A DNA stretch of 42,247 bases. Origin: a virus (taxonomy: Duplodnaviria > Heunggongvirae > Uroviricota > Caudoviricetes). The stretch lies in the IMG/VR virus record IMGVR_UViG_3300001528_000017, positions 64,001 through 106,247 of that record; one strand, 5' to 3'. A program made the translations under genes and the position numbers. Each line of letters opens with the position of its first letter. Position 1 is the first letter of the stretch. Under the pieces are notes generated by a model. It was not told the origin of the DNA and searched no databases. It was given only the letters and a program-made list of their open reading frames with translations. Below, piece by piece: positions 18,404 through 29,800 of this stretch.

Positions 18404-20251
18404 ATGGCAAACTACAGTTTAGTTATAAATAGCAAATTTAGACCATTTGAGTATCAGGAGCTTCTTGCTCCTGTGCTCATGGCTACTCAAGCACACCAAG
18501 CAGTAGAGGAAGCCTATGCAGACCTATCTACTAAAGCTAGCATTTGGGACAAGATGGCTAATGAAGCCACAGACCCAAAGGCTCATGCTATGTACAAGAA
18601 GTATGCTGATGACCTACAATCATATTCAGACCAACTAGCACAACATGGCTTGACACCAACTTCAAGACAGGCTATGTTGAATATGAGAAGTAGGTATGCG
18701 CAAGATATTATCCCCATTGAGAATGCTTACAAAAGGAAGCAGGCACAAATGGAGGAGCAGAGAAAAGCTTTACTACAGAACCCAACACTGCTATTAAGTA
18801 GGAGGGCAGCTAACACAAGCCTAGATGATTATCTAGATAATCCAGACCTAGATTATGAAAGCTACAGCGGAGCACTTATTACCCAACAAGTAGCCTCAGC
18901 TGCTGCTAACATAGCAAAGGAAGCCAGAGATAGTGAGGAAGGTAGGAGGAAGCTAAGACAGATTCTACCATATCAGTATGAAATGGTGCAGCAAAGAGGA
19001 TTCAGTAGAGAAGCTGTAATGGAAGCTATTATGAATAGCCCCAATGCAGATAGAGTACTAACAGGACTAGTAGAGGATGCTATAGGAACCTCAGGTGTAA
19101 AGAACTGGGGAGACACTACAACTCTTGCAAGGGCTTATGATTATGCTAGACAAGGACTCTATAGTGCTATTGGTGAAACTAACTATCAGATGCTAACAGA
19201 CCAAGCAGGTCTTACTAGGTTACAATATGACCTCCAAGATAGGAATAACCAGAGAGCAGAGAGTAGGGCAGCTGCTAGAGCACAACAAAAGCAGCAGCAA
19301 GAATTGGCACAGGGTATAGCATTAAGTGGACAAAGCTACTTAGTTGCTTCAGGTAAGGACAAGGAGTACCTACAAACTTTACAAGGTCTCAAAGCTGGTG
19401 ATAATGGCGTAAGAGCCTCTATATTTGGAAAGAATGGCAAAACGAATGCCTTAACAGTGTACGATGAATACAGAAAAGCAGGTAAGGCTACTCTCACTCC
19501 TGCTCAATTAAGTGCAGCAGACAAGAAGGCTGAAGAAACTGCCATGAGAAAGTTCAGAGAACACTGGGATACAGATATTCCAGCACAACAAAGAGCTGCG
19601 GCAGCACAATGGCTAGACAGGGTAAGAGCAAATGAGAAGGCAGCAGAGTACACTAGAACTGCACAAGCAGCAGTACTAAAGAAACATGGTGTTACTCAAG
19701 CTCTTACTAAAGACCAATACAATGTCCTGAAAGCCATTGGGTACAATGGGGAGCAGATGTTATCTATGGACCAGTTTAATACAGCTGTGAATAATCTTTC
19801 AACAGAAAGAACATACTATTCTACAAATATGAGTGGATATAACATACCTGACACTAAGATTAGGTCAGCCCTAGGTAATTGGGAATTGAACAAATCCTTC
19901 AGTGGTAGAGTGTATAAACTAAATGCAGATGGTACAAGAGGTCAAGCCATGTCATACTCAGACCTTAACCTCAAGAGTGATGATAATGACAAGGGTAGGC
20001 AAGTTACTGGTATCTACTATAGTGATGTAACACCTACTAAGATTATTGTACAACTGGGTGATGGTACTGGGGACAGATACCTAGTTGACCCCAATGCACT
20101 TGGTAGTGAGGTTCAAAACTTTATAACTAATTCAAGGGCAGCATTGCAAGGTGTAAGTTCTACAGAAAGGGCACAAACTATTACAATAGGACTCGCTAAC
20201 CTATTAAATAGTTACAACCCCACACTATCTACTACTTCATCTAAAGAATAA
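18404..20251 (+). CDS. Cargo/ejection protein 2 (putative)
   Basis: 615 aa, Ala/Gln-rich and helical, no Cys; N-terminal SKFRPFEYQELLAPV motif; between cargo proteins 1 and 3. Confidence 0.65.
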   Translation: MANYSLVINSKFRPFEYQELLAPVLMATQAHQAVEEAYADLSTKASIWDKMANEATDPKAHAMYKKYADDLQSYSDQLAQHGLTPTSRQAMLNMRSRYAQDIIPIENAYKRKQAQMEEQRKALLQNPTLLLSRRAANTSLDDYLDNPDLDYESYSGALITQQVASAAANIAKEARDSEEGRRKLRQILPYQYEMVQQRGFSREAVMEAIMNSPNADRVLTGLVEDAIGTSGVKNWGDTTTLARAYDYARQGLYSAIGETNYQMLTDQAGLTRLQYDLQDRNNQRAESRAAARAQQKQQQELAQGIALSGQSYLVASGKDKEYLQTLQGLKAGDNGVRASIFGKNGKTNALTVYDEYRKAGKATLTPAQLSAADKKAEETAMRKFREHWDTDIPAQQRAAAAQWLDRVRANEKAAEYTRTAQAAVLKKHGVTQALTKDQYNVLKAIGYNGEQMLSMDQFNTAVNNLSTERTYYSTNMSGYNIPDTKIRSALGNWELNKSFSGRVYKLNADGTRGQAMSYSDLNLKSDDNDKGRQVTGIYYSDVTPTKIIVQLGDGTGDRYLVDPNALGSEVQNFITNSRAALQGVSSTERAQTITIGLANLLNSYNPTLSTTSSKE

Positions 20252-20255
20252 TAAT

Positions 20256-23200
20256 ATGGCAGAAGATATAACTAAGATAGGACCAGTAGGTCTGAAAGGA
20301 TTAAAGGGAATAGGACAACAGCAGCAAGCAGAGTTGTCTGATTACTCAAGGGCAATAAGAAGTATGTCAGGCAGGGGTCTAGCACAAACCTTTGTACCTG
20401 ATGCAGAAGTTCCTGTAGGAATGCAATTAGCTGCCGCTGGGTATGGAGATTCATCCTACGATACTGCTATACAAAATGTATCTCAACTAGAGGATATACA
20501 AGACATAAGAGCACAAGAGCAGCCTTGGTATGCTCAACTTGGTGCTGGAATAGGAAAGGGGGTAGCTCTAGCAGCTACTACCTTCCTTGATGGTACTGTA
20601 GGTTTAGTTACTGGTATAGTTGAGGGAATAGGAGCCAAGATTAGTGGTGACAGTTGGGGAGACTCAGTAGCTAAACTATGGCATAATGAGGTCTCTGACG
20701 GTCTAGCTGACTTAAATAGAAACCTAGAGGAATGGTTGCCTAACTACAGAACCTATGAGGAATTAGAGAACCCTTGGTATAACAACTTAGGTACTATGAA
20801 CTTTTGGGCTGATAGTGTAATCAAGAATCTTGGTTTCACTGTAGGTGCTTTCTACTCTGGTGGTGCTTGGAATAAGGCACTAAAGGCAGTAGGTGCATTA
20901 AAGGGAGCTATGGGAGCCAAAGTAGTAGGGTCTTTTACATCAGCTCTTAACGAAGGAAGAATAGAAGCAAATCAGAACTCTAGAGACTTTCTTGAGCTAC
21001 AATATAAGCAAATAGATGATGCTCTAAATGAGCAACTCTCTTACCTTGATGAATCAGGCTTATCTAATGATGAAATAAATGCACAGAAGGTTCTATTAAG
21101 AGATAGAGCTGATGAGCTTAAAGAGGATGCCAAGGAGAGAGCAAATGCTATGGGTCTTACCACTCTTATTGGTAACACTGTACTTCTATCTTTAGATAAC
21201 TTTGACACATTTGGAAAACTCTATGCAAGGGGTTATAAGAATGCTAGAACTATCTCAAAGGGAAGAGTTACTAGAGAAGCTATGTCTGAAGGACTTGAGA
21301 AAGCAGGAAGAGAGATAGCACAAGAGGAAGCAGGTAAGAGAATCACCAAAGAAGCAGGTAAGTACATATATGACCCTGTTTCTAAGAAGAGAGCATTTGC
21401 TAGAGGCTTAAGGCATGGACTTGTTGAAGGTAATGAGGAAATGGCTCAGGCTTTCATTGCAGAGATTGCTGGTAATATGCAGAGTCCTGATTCACCTGAT
21501 GCCTATTATGAAGCCCTTTTAGACCCAACAGCTGAAATCAAAACAAGAGACTTCATTGGGTCAGTCACTGATGGATTTGTTAATACCTATGGAAATGGTG
21601 ACAGATGGGAGGAATTTGCAGTAGGTGCATTTACAGGTCTATTAGGTATTCCTACTTTTGGTAAAGTGCAAAACTCAGATGTAAACACTTGGTTAGGCAG
21701 AGGAAGAACTGTGGGTATATCGGGGGGTTTATTTGGTGAATTTGGTATAGCAAACAAGGAGAACATGGAAGGACAGGAGGCTGTTGATTTCATGAACAAC
21801 TATGCACAAAGAGTACAGGAGCAAAAGGGTCACTTTGTAAGAAGCCAATCCTTTACCGATGCTATGGATGGATGGGCAGAAGCAGATGATGCTTTTGAGT
21901 ACAAAAATGCAGAGGACAATAGTGACTTCGCTGCCATATCAAGGTTTGCTAAAGTAGGTAGAATAAATGACCTGAGAGACATGGTGAACCAAGACTTTGA
22001 GAATATCCCTGATGAAGAGCTTGCTAAGATTGCAGAGTTTACTTCACCTGTGGATGGTCTTGGAGGTTGGAGAAACATGGATGGTTCCTTAATGTCTGAC
22101 ACTGAGGAAGGTAGAGCACAAATGAGAGAGGAACTCAAGCAGAAGAGAGACAAAATACTTGCTGAGATAGACAGGTATGAAGACTCTGTAGAGACATTAA
22201 GGGCAATAGGAAACAACAGCCTTACTGAAGACCAAGTGAATGAGCTAGCTTGGCTCAATTGGAAAGTAGGTACTTTCACTGACAGATACAACTCTATCAA
22301 GGAGGAAAGTCAAGAGTTCCTGACAGAAATGCAGAGAAGCCTACAAGCTTTCCAAAGTGGTAGAGGAAGAGGCATGATAGACGAGGAATCTGAGGAAGGT
22401 CAAAAGATTCTAAAGGCAATGGATAATGCTGAAATGTTCATTGATGCTCTTAGAAGTTCTAAGACTCCTTTACAGCTTGCTGCTATCATGGAAGCCAATC
22501 CTCATATCACTCAGTTCATTGAAGAGATAGGCTATCCTATCCTAGAGGATATTGTAGGCGTTGACGCTGCTACCTTTGAGAAGTCTATGACAGACCTAAA
22601 GGATGCTATCAAGATAGCCAAGGCAACTAAAACATTCAACCAAAGATATAAGGAGTTCAGGGATAATCCTATTGAACTTATCAAGAATAGACAAAAGATA
22701 GACAAGAAGAAAGAGAAAGTCAACAGAGCAGCTGAAGAGGTAAACCTTAAAGACAAGGTTGACAATGCTGATGTGTCAGAGATTGTTCATGGCATGGAAA
22801 GTGGAGACCTTGATGAAGGACAGCTTGATGGCTTATTCTCTGACGAGGATAATGAGTTCCTTAATAATGTGGGAACAGAAGGTCAACCACAACCTAGTGG
22901 AAGGCAGAAGGTAGAAGAGGCTAAGAAGATTATCAAGACTTCACAAAGAATGGATGGAGCTATTGATGGTCTGGATGATGGAAGCATTGACCCACAAGCT
23001 CTTGCAGATGCCCACACTTTACTACAGCATAGTAAGCAGGTATCTGAGTCTGAGCAGGAAATGCTAGACACAGTTTCACAAGCCTATAATGACCCTACCT
23101 TATTATATGATGAGAATGACCCAAGTATGCAGGGTGTTTCTCAAGAGGAACTCGAAAGTATATTAGGAGAAAGGATAGATGCAGCAAAGTCAGTTATTGA

Positions 23201-26200
23201 GCAGGCTAAGGCAGTACTATCAGAGCAGAATGATGAACTAGATGACCTTCCAGAGGGTGCTCCTGTAGTAAGAGAAATTACTCCTGAGGAGGCACAAGGT
23301 AAGGAAACTGGTCATGATGCTACTGAACATACTCCTACTGAGAATGAAAGACAGAAAGCAGAGGCTGCACAAAGAGCTGCACAAGCCCTTAGTGCTGAGG
23401 AGCAGGCTAAGGTCAATGACTTATTCCAAGACTTAAAGGAGGGTATGCCACAAGAGAATGTGGAAGCATTTGATAAGGCAGTCTCTGAGGTCTTGAAGAG
23501 TATTGATATGCTGATTGATGCTAAGGCAACTAACCAAGAGATAGGAAAGCTTGTTAAGAACACTCAGTCCTATCAAATAGCAAAGCAGTTAGCTCCTGAG
23601 CTGGATGATTACCTCAATGTGTATGTAACCTCTAGGCTTAACCCTAAAGCAGCAGAACCTGCAAAGCAAGAGGAAGAGCCTAAGATAGCTACACCTGTGA
23701 TTACTGACCAAGAAGTAAGACAGCAGACTACTGCACAAAGGACTATTGACCCTAATCAGGGAGAGTTCACAGGAACCTATCAGTATTGGAAGCCTACTAC
23801 ATCCTACTTACCTTTTGGTAGAGCTTATGTAAAGGGGGACAATACACCATTCTATAAGATTGCAAGGACTCTAAAGAACCAAGATGGTACACCTGTATAT
23901 TCAGAACCTACATTAAGAAGGATTGAAGCTGTAGGAAAGCATCTAGAGGAACATGTGGCATTCAAGCTTGTAGATAGTGGTGCAGTAAAGGTAGGCAGCA
24001 ATGTACACTTTACTATTGATAGTACTCTCAATGACCAAGCAGGAGAACTAGTAATCCTTATGACTGATGACCAAGGAAGAGTTATTGGTGATGTAATGTC
24101 AGCCAGTGACCCAAGGTTTGCAAATCAGTTAGGTCTTCCACAGCTGGTGGAAAGGATTACTACTGAATATGAGGAGGCAGGCTCACCACAACACTTTACT
24201 TCTAAGGAAGTTACCACAGTGGATAAGAACATGGTGGGTAAAATACCTTACCTAGCTGACCACGAGGTAATGCACACTCTGAATGAAGTGTTTGTAGATG
24301 GAGAACAGCAAGTACCATTTAAGATTGGTGTAGCTGCTAATAGTGGTAAGAATGCTAGAATACTAGCATCAGCTGGTAGAACCAAGAAGCAAGGACAAAG
24401 TGACTTGGAAAGGTCAATCAATCCTCCTCTTACTGCTAAAGCTGGACAACCATTCTTGCTATTACCAACAAGTAGTTCAGTAAATGCCTATATGACAGTC
24501 CCCATCATGATGGACTCATACAATCCTACTACACAAGGAACTGCACTAGGTAAAGCTATTCATAAGGTACTTGAGAGAGTCCCAACATCTGATAATGCTC
24601 ATGCAATGGGAATTATCAATGACCTTGAGGAATTACTATCAGTACAGGAGATACACATAAACTATAATGGAGATAATGTCAAAGTAACCATAAAGCCTAA
24701 TGGTGCAGAGCACCAAATGACTATTTACAATGGTGCTAAGAATGCTCCTAATATAGTAGAGCAACTTGAGCTTGGATTGCAAGGACAACCCTTCCAGGTT
24801 TCCAGGAAGTATATGAATGAGGATTATGATGGTCAAGCCTACAATAGAATGATTGGAGAAGTGGCCAAAGTAAATCTACCTATAGGTACTACTCACACAG
24901 TAAGTGATTGGTTCACTATTAAGCCAATCAATGCTGCTGGTCAAAAGATGAAAACTAAGTCACCTAGAAGTACAGGTAGTAACCCTCATGCAGCTACTCC
25001 TCAGTACATAACTATAACCAAGAAAGGAATGACACTGAATGTTAATCCTGCTACTTGGGAAGTAACTGATGGTACTGGAAAAGTTTACACAGGTCCTAAT
25101 ACTAATAAGGTTAAAGCCCAAGCCTTTGGTATGCACATGAATAAAAACATGGAGCAGCCCTATGATACAGAGTGGGGCTACTATGACCCAAAGACTGATG
25201 AGTTTGTAGAGAAACCTAACAGAGTATTAAGGACACTAGGAGAACCTCAACAAGGTACTGTAGTAAAGGGTATAACTCTTACCAATCCTCATACAAAACA
25301 ATCCTATACTATAAGGGTAGGAGAAACAAGAAGGATTGATGATGGTATGTATCCAGGGGTTTCAACTATAAAAGACATTCAAGATAATGGCACAATAGTT
25401 GATAGTTACTATGATGAGACTTCAGGAACTACTACAACTAGATTCTTGACTCAAGACCAATATCTGACAGAGCTATCTTATGCTACCCTAGTGACCAACC
25501 CAAGTACAGCTACAGAGACTTCAACTGAACTAAAGGATAAGGCTAAGAAAGCTGGACTTCTAGGTAATAAGGTTAGAGAAGCTCTGTGGGCTAGACTAAC
25601 TCCTGAGCAACAATCTATCATAGCCAATAAGAAAGGCCCAAAGCAAAAGCAGTGGATGGATGCACTAGAGACTGCATTTGACCCTGCAACCAACACATTT
25701 GATGAGGCTAAACTGAAAGGCACAGTAGATGAGTTCTTAGGAAGAAAGGGAATGTACAGGAAGACTGATGGGTCTCAAAGAGTTTGGGATAAGCAGAAGG
25801 AAACCAAGTGGCTTGCTTCAGTATTACCTAACCTTTCAACAGATGAACACTTCCAAGTAGTCAATGGACTAATCAGAGTAGCAGAAAGCTCTACACCTGA
25901 TTATGCTTATGGGCAATTCAAGAGAGGTGTAATGGTTATCAGTGACCAAGCAGCAAGAGGAACTGTTTACCATGAAGCCTTCCACGCAGTAACACATACA
26001 CTTCTAACTCCACAAGAGTACAAGGATATGTTTGATGCTGCAAAGCAGAAATGGGGAGACATTTCCAGACTAGCACTTGAAGAGAACTTAGCAGAGGACT
26101 TTAGAAGGTATGTACAACTTGAGGAGACTCCCATAGTAGGAAGCTTAGTAAAGATATACAGAACCCTGAAGCACTTAGTGCAGAATCTCTTTGGTAAAGA

Positions 26201-26762
26201 GCCTTACCTCAACAAGATGTTCTACAATATCAATAGAGGTAAGTTTGCTAACAGGATTGTAGAAAGCACCAATGTAACTAGAAATAGGGCAACTGATGTA
26301 TTTGAAATCCAAAAGCAGATAAATAAACTGAAGAGTGACTATAATAAGGCTAACACTTACAGAAACTCAGCTAGGAGTACTGACAGGTCTGTTATAGATG
26401 ACATCATTAAGGACTCAGGTCTATCAGATGTACTATTCTCTTATCAGCAAAATGGTAATGGAATGTGGTCTATCTCAAGAATCAGTAAGGCAGACTTCAA
26501 TAAGAAGATACAAGACCTACAGGATAGGTTAGTAAGAACTTATGAGAGTGAGCTATCTGAGGATGAGAAGTTATCTAGGCAGATGCTTGAGGAGCAAGAA
26601 TCATACTACAGAAGAGTAGAGCAGTATCATAGAGACCAGATGCTATTTGAGAACCTATCTCAGGAAGATAAGGACTATCTGCAAGAGAGAGGCATTACTC
26701 AAAAGGAGTTCAGTCAAATGACACAACTTGAAAAGGAAGTTCTATTCCACTGTAAATACTAA
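20256..26762 (+). CDS. Giant cargo/ejection protein 3 with a C-terminal zincin-like domain
   Basis: 2168 aa; Gly-rich hydrophobic N-terminal segments; HEAFH at 25971-25985 followed by EENLAEDF; single Cys near the C-terminus. Confidence 0.7.
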   Translation: MAEDITKIGPVGLKGLKGIGQQQQAELSDYSRAIRSMSGRGLAQTFVPDAEVPVGMQLAAAGYGDSSYDTAIQNVSQLEDIQDIRAQEQPWYAQLGAGIGKGVALAATTFLDGTVGLVTGIVEGIGAKISGDSWGDSVAKLWHNEVSDGLADLNRNLEEWLPNYRTYEELENPWYNNLGTMNFWADSVIKNLGFTVGAFYSGGAWNKALKAVGALKGAMGAKVVGSFTSALNEGRIEANQNSRDFLELQYKQIDDALNEQLSYLDESGLSNDEINAQKVLLRDRADELKEDAKERANAMGLTTLIGNTVLLSLDNFDTFGKLYARGYKNARTISKGRVTREAMSEGLEKAGREIAQEEAGKRITKEAGKYIYDPVSKKRAFARGLRHGLVEGNEEMAQAFIAEIAGNMQSPDSPDAYYEALLDPTAEIKTRDFIGSVTDGFVNTYGNGDRWEEFAVGAFTGLLGIPTFGKVQNSDVNTWLGRGRTVGISGGLFGEFGIANKENMEGQEAVDFMNNYAQRVQEQKGHFVRSQSFTDAMDGWAEADDAFEYKNAEDNSDFAAISRFAKVGRINDLRDMVNQDFENIPDEELAKIAEFTSPVDGLGGWRNMDGSLMSDTEEGRAQMREELKQKRDKILAEIDRYEDSVETLRAIGNNSLTEDQVNELAWLNWKVGTFTDRYNSIKEESQEFLTEMQRSLQAFQSGRGRGMIDEESEEGQKILKAMDNAEMFIDALRSSKTPLQLAAIMEANPHITQFIEEIGYPILEDIVGVDAATFEKSMTDLKDAIKIAKATKTFNQRYKEFRDNPIELIKNRQKIDKKKEKVNRAAEEVNLKDKVDNADVSEIVHGMESGDLDEGQLDGLFSDEDNEFLNNVGTEGQPQPSGRQKVEEAKKIIKTSQRMDGAIDGLDDGSIDPQALADAHTLLQHSKQVSESEQEMLDTVSQAYNDPTLLYDENDPSMQGVSQEELESILGERIDAAKSVIEQAKAVLSEQNDELDDLPEGAPVVREITPEEAQGKETGHDATEHTPTENERQKAEAAQRAAQALSAEEQAKVNDLFQDLKEGMPQENVEAFDKAVSEVLKSIDMLIDAKATNQEIGKLVKNTQSYQIAKQLAPELDDYLNVYVTSRLNPKAAEPAKQEEEPKIATPVITDQEVRQQTTAQRTIDPNQGEFTGTYQYWKPTTSYLPFGRAYVKGDNTPFYKIARTLKNQDGTPVYSEPTLRRIEAVGKHLEEHVAFKLVDSGAVKVGSNVHFTIDSTLNDQAGELVILMTDDQGRVIGDVMSASDPRFANQLGLPQLVERITTEYEEAGSPQHFTSKEVTTVDKNMVGKIPYLADHEVMHTLNEVFVDGEQQVPFKIGVAANSGKNARILASAGRTKKQGQSDLERSINPPLTAKAGQPFLLLPTSSSVNAYMTVPIMMDSYNPTTQGTALGKAIHKVLERVPTSDNAHAMGIINDLEELLSVQEIHINYNGDNVKVTIKPNGAEHQMTIYNGAKNAPNIVEQLELGLQGQPFQVSRKYMNEDYDGQAYNRMIGEVAKVNLPIGTTHTVSDWFTIKPINAAGQKMKTKSPRSTGSNPHAATPQYITITKKGMTLNVNPATWEVTDGTGKVYTGPNTNKVKAQAFGMHMNKNMEQPYDTEWGYYDPKTDEFVEKPNRVLRTLGEPQQGTVVKGITLTNPHTKQSYTIRVGETRRIDDGMYPGVSTIKDIQDNGTIVDSYYDETSGTTTTRFLTQDQYLTELSYATLVTNPSTATETSTELKDKAKKAGLLGNKVREALWARLTPEQQSIIANKKGPKQKQWMDALETAFDPATNTFDEAKLKGTVDEFLGRKGMYRKTDGSQRVWDKQKETKWLASVLPNLSTDEHFQVVNGLIRVAESSTPDYAYGQFKRGVMVISDQAARGTVYHEAFHAVTHTLLTPQEYKDMFDAAKQKWGDISRLALEENLAEDFRRYVQLEETPIVGSLVKIYRTLKHLVQNLFGKEPYLNKMFYNINRGKFANRIVESTNVTRNRATDVFEIQKQINKLKSDYNKANTYRNSARSTDRSVIDDIIKDSGLSDVLFSYQQNGNGMWSISRISKADFNKKIQDLQDRLVRTYESELSEDEKLSRQMLEEQESYYRRVEQYHRDQMLFENLSQEDKDYLQERGITQKEFSQMTQLEKEVLFHCKY

Positions 26763-26764
26763 GC

Positions 26765-26805
26765 AAAAAAAAAAATAGGGAAGTGCGAAACACTTCCCTA
26801 TTTTT
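26765..26805. terminator. Bidirectional intrinsic terminator between convergent giant genes
   Basis: Perfect 15-bp stem AAAAATAGGGAAGTG (26771-26785) / CACTTCCCTATTTTT (26791-26805), loop CGAAA; A11 on the left (U11 for the - strand), T5 on the right. Confidence 0.92.
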
Positions 26806-26807
26806 GT

Positions 26808-29800
26808 TTAATATGGTCTTGCATAATAACCAATGCTATTATCCAAGTCTCCAATGAACTTATCAATCTGTCTATATTGTGCAACTCCTGGGATAGGTGC
26901 CTTGAGTATATTCTTCTCAAGAGTACTCATTCCCTTGTAAGGACCTGACTGAATTTCATCAACCCAGTCTGTTGGGTCAATAGCACTATTGATTAGGTTG
27001 AAACTATTCTGTACCACAGTAGTAGCAGGAATAGGACTCTTAACAGTCTTAAGTAACTCCTGAGGCATGATAGTAGAAGGTGCAAGACCTCCTAATTCAT
27101 GTGCTAACCTCTTACTGCTATACTCAGCTAATTTCAAAGCCCAAGGTCTCTTCTTATCATCAGGCCACTCTATCCAGTTGGCAAGTGCCCATACTGCAAA
27201 GAATTGAACCATTTCAGTAATAGCTCTCTTAATGTTAGCTCTTTCCTCAGTAGTCATGTTGTCCCATTGTTCTGATAGTTGTACACCACCTCTTATCCAT
27301 TGGTTCAACATCCTACCAACTGTCCTATAATAACCTTCCTCCCATGAATCAGTAGCAAGATTACCTTGAGCAGCTTGGAACCTTCTGTTATACTGAATCT
27401 TCATCCACTTTCTATATTGCTGTAGAAGCCTTCCCATAGCAACTCTGTTAGCTGCATTAGCATCATCATCATTATAGATACCAAAGCAAGTTTGGTTAAT
27501 GTGAGCTACCTTTCTAGAGAACTTAGCAACATCAAATGGATTGCCTTCCAAGTCAGTAATATCCTTATAGTTGAGCTGTTTGATAGTAGAACTACCATTT
27601 ACACCTTCAACCTGAAGAGCATCCCATAGAGACATTTCCTTGCCATCAAGTAATACCTTCTGCCTCATAGCCATTGCAATAGCTGTCCTACCATATAGCC
27701 AATGGTCTCCAGCATCCTGACCCAAGAAAGCTATCTCAGCACCAAACAACCTCTGTAGCCAATTCTTCTTTTGGTTCTTAATCTTACTACCAAAGTTTTG
27801 CTTTACATCAAACAACTCGAAGAACAAGGAGAGTTTGTTTGTCTTTGTCCTATTGCCTAATTCAGCCATCATAGGACCTAGAGCCTTAGCATAAGCAGCA
27901 TCAGCTTTAGCAAGCTCTTTAGGACCAAAGAATTGTCCAGCAGCAGCCTCAATGTTCTGCATACCTAAACCAGTAGCAACATTGGCTAAGTTAGCTAGCC
28001 AGTTGAAGCCTAGCTGTGCCAATGAAGACCCCTTCAGGATAACACTAGCAAGCTTGTTGACACTTACCTTCTTACCAAGTACATCAAATGTTACCTCATC
28101 CTTGAGGTACTTACCATACACCTGACTCTCAAAGAAGTCATTTAGCTTGTCCTCAATGTTAGACCTAGAAGTAAATATCTTGTTGGCAACATCTACATCC
28201 AGAGCATTGAACTTCTCAATAAGCGGATTACCTCCTCTTGTCTTTCTCACCTTTCTTTCCTCAGTGACAAGTGCTCTTCCCACTTCAAGAGGGTCTATGA
28301 TATTGTCCATTTGCTCATATTGGTTAGCCATATAAGCATAAGACATAAGACTACCTACAACATCATCAGTAAGCTCATCAGGGTTCTGTAATCTGTTGGT
28401 GAATAGTACTGGGAGAGTCATGAACTCATTACCTGCAAAGTCAGTAAGTCCCTTCTCTGCTCTAGCATTACCAAAGATTTGGTCATCATCCTCCTTCTCA
28501 AATATAGAGGAAGTAATAGACTCCTTAATATTTTGGAAGATAGTGGTAGGAGAAGTCATACTTTCCCATAGTCTTTGACTACCAGCCTTTCTCATCTGAA
28601 TTGCCTTATTCCTTGCGACTCTTGTCTTAGGTAGCTTGGCATCAAACTTATCCTTTAGTGCTAGGAACTCACTCAGAATGGTCTTCTGATTATCTGTGAG
28701 CCTGTCATAAGCCCTATTCCTATACATAGCAGGATTAGGTTGAGGAGTACCAAACATAGAAATTGCATGGGTCTTTAACCAATCATTCCTTTCTACCATC
28801 TTTAGTACAGCTTCCTCTCCAGTAGGATTCCTACCATACTTCTCTTCTAGACCAGCTTCAAACTCTCTCAGGTCTTTCTCAAACTGAGCAAAGTTCACTT
28901 CACTGATATAGTTACCACTCTTATGACCTTCATCGTCTCTTTCAAACATCCAATCAAAGTCAGTGATGCCCATTCCCTCAGCTTTCTCTCTGAACTTCTG
29001 TATCTCCCTAATATCATCTAGGGTTTGCAGTCTTGCAGTATCCTTAGCCTTCTTAACAGCAGCATCAAACAATTGAAGTAGCATATCAGCAGAATCTGCC
29101 ATACTATCCAGCCATCTGTCCATGAGACTAATGTCACTCTGAGCCTCAGATAACAAGGACTCAACAGACATCTTTGTACCTGCATACTTACCAAAGGGAA
29201 CTACTATCTCTTCACCCATGAAAGGCTTTAGGAACTCTGCAAAGGCAGGCATAGCCATCCTAGTGTATCTTCCTGCAAGCTGATTAGATAAGTTATTAAG
29301 TCCCTTGAGTACCTCTTGTATGTTCACAAGCTCTCCATTGAGTTCAAACTCTTGTAGGAACATGTTGTCATCCTCTGACTCATCTTCAATGATAGCATCA
29401 TTCAATGCTTTTATGAAACTACCATAGGATTGAGTGTACATTCTTACACTCCTTAGGAAACCAAACTTCTGCTTAGGAGTCATACTATCCGCCATTTGGA
29501 ATTGAGCTTCCAAATTCCTTAGTTCTCCTAGAGCATGTTTAGCATAGTGGAATAGTCCTTCCACGGTGTCTGCATCTTCAGCAGTATATTGAAGAATAGT
29601 ATTGACTAAAGTCTCAGCAGCTCCTTTCTTTCTGCTAGCCTTGGTTATCTTATATCTCTTTGTTTCTGTCTTAGCAGCATTTCTGAGTATCTCAATGTTT
29701 CTGTCAATCCTATCACTAAGGGCATTGAACTGAGCCTCTCTTTGAGAAGCTTTGATGTCCTTCTGTGTAATCTGCCTAGTACCATTAAGAATATCCTCAG

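Noticed and set aside
24261-24275. Second HExxH (HEVMH) in cargo protein 3
   Set aside because: No fitting third-ligand motif or zincin-like context seen; likely chance in 2168 aa.
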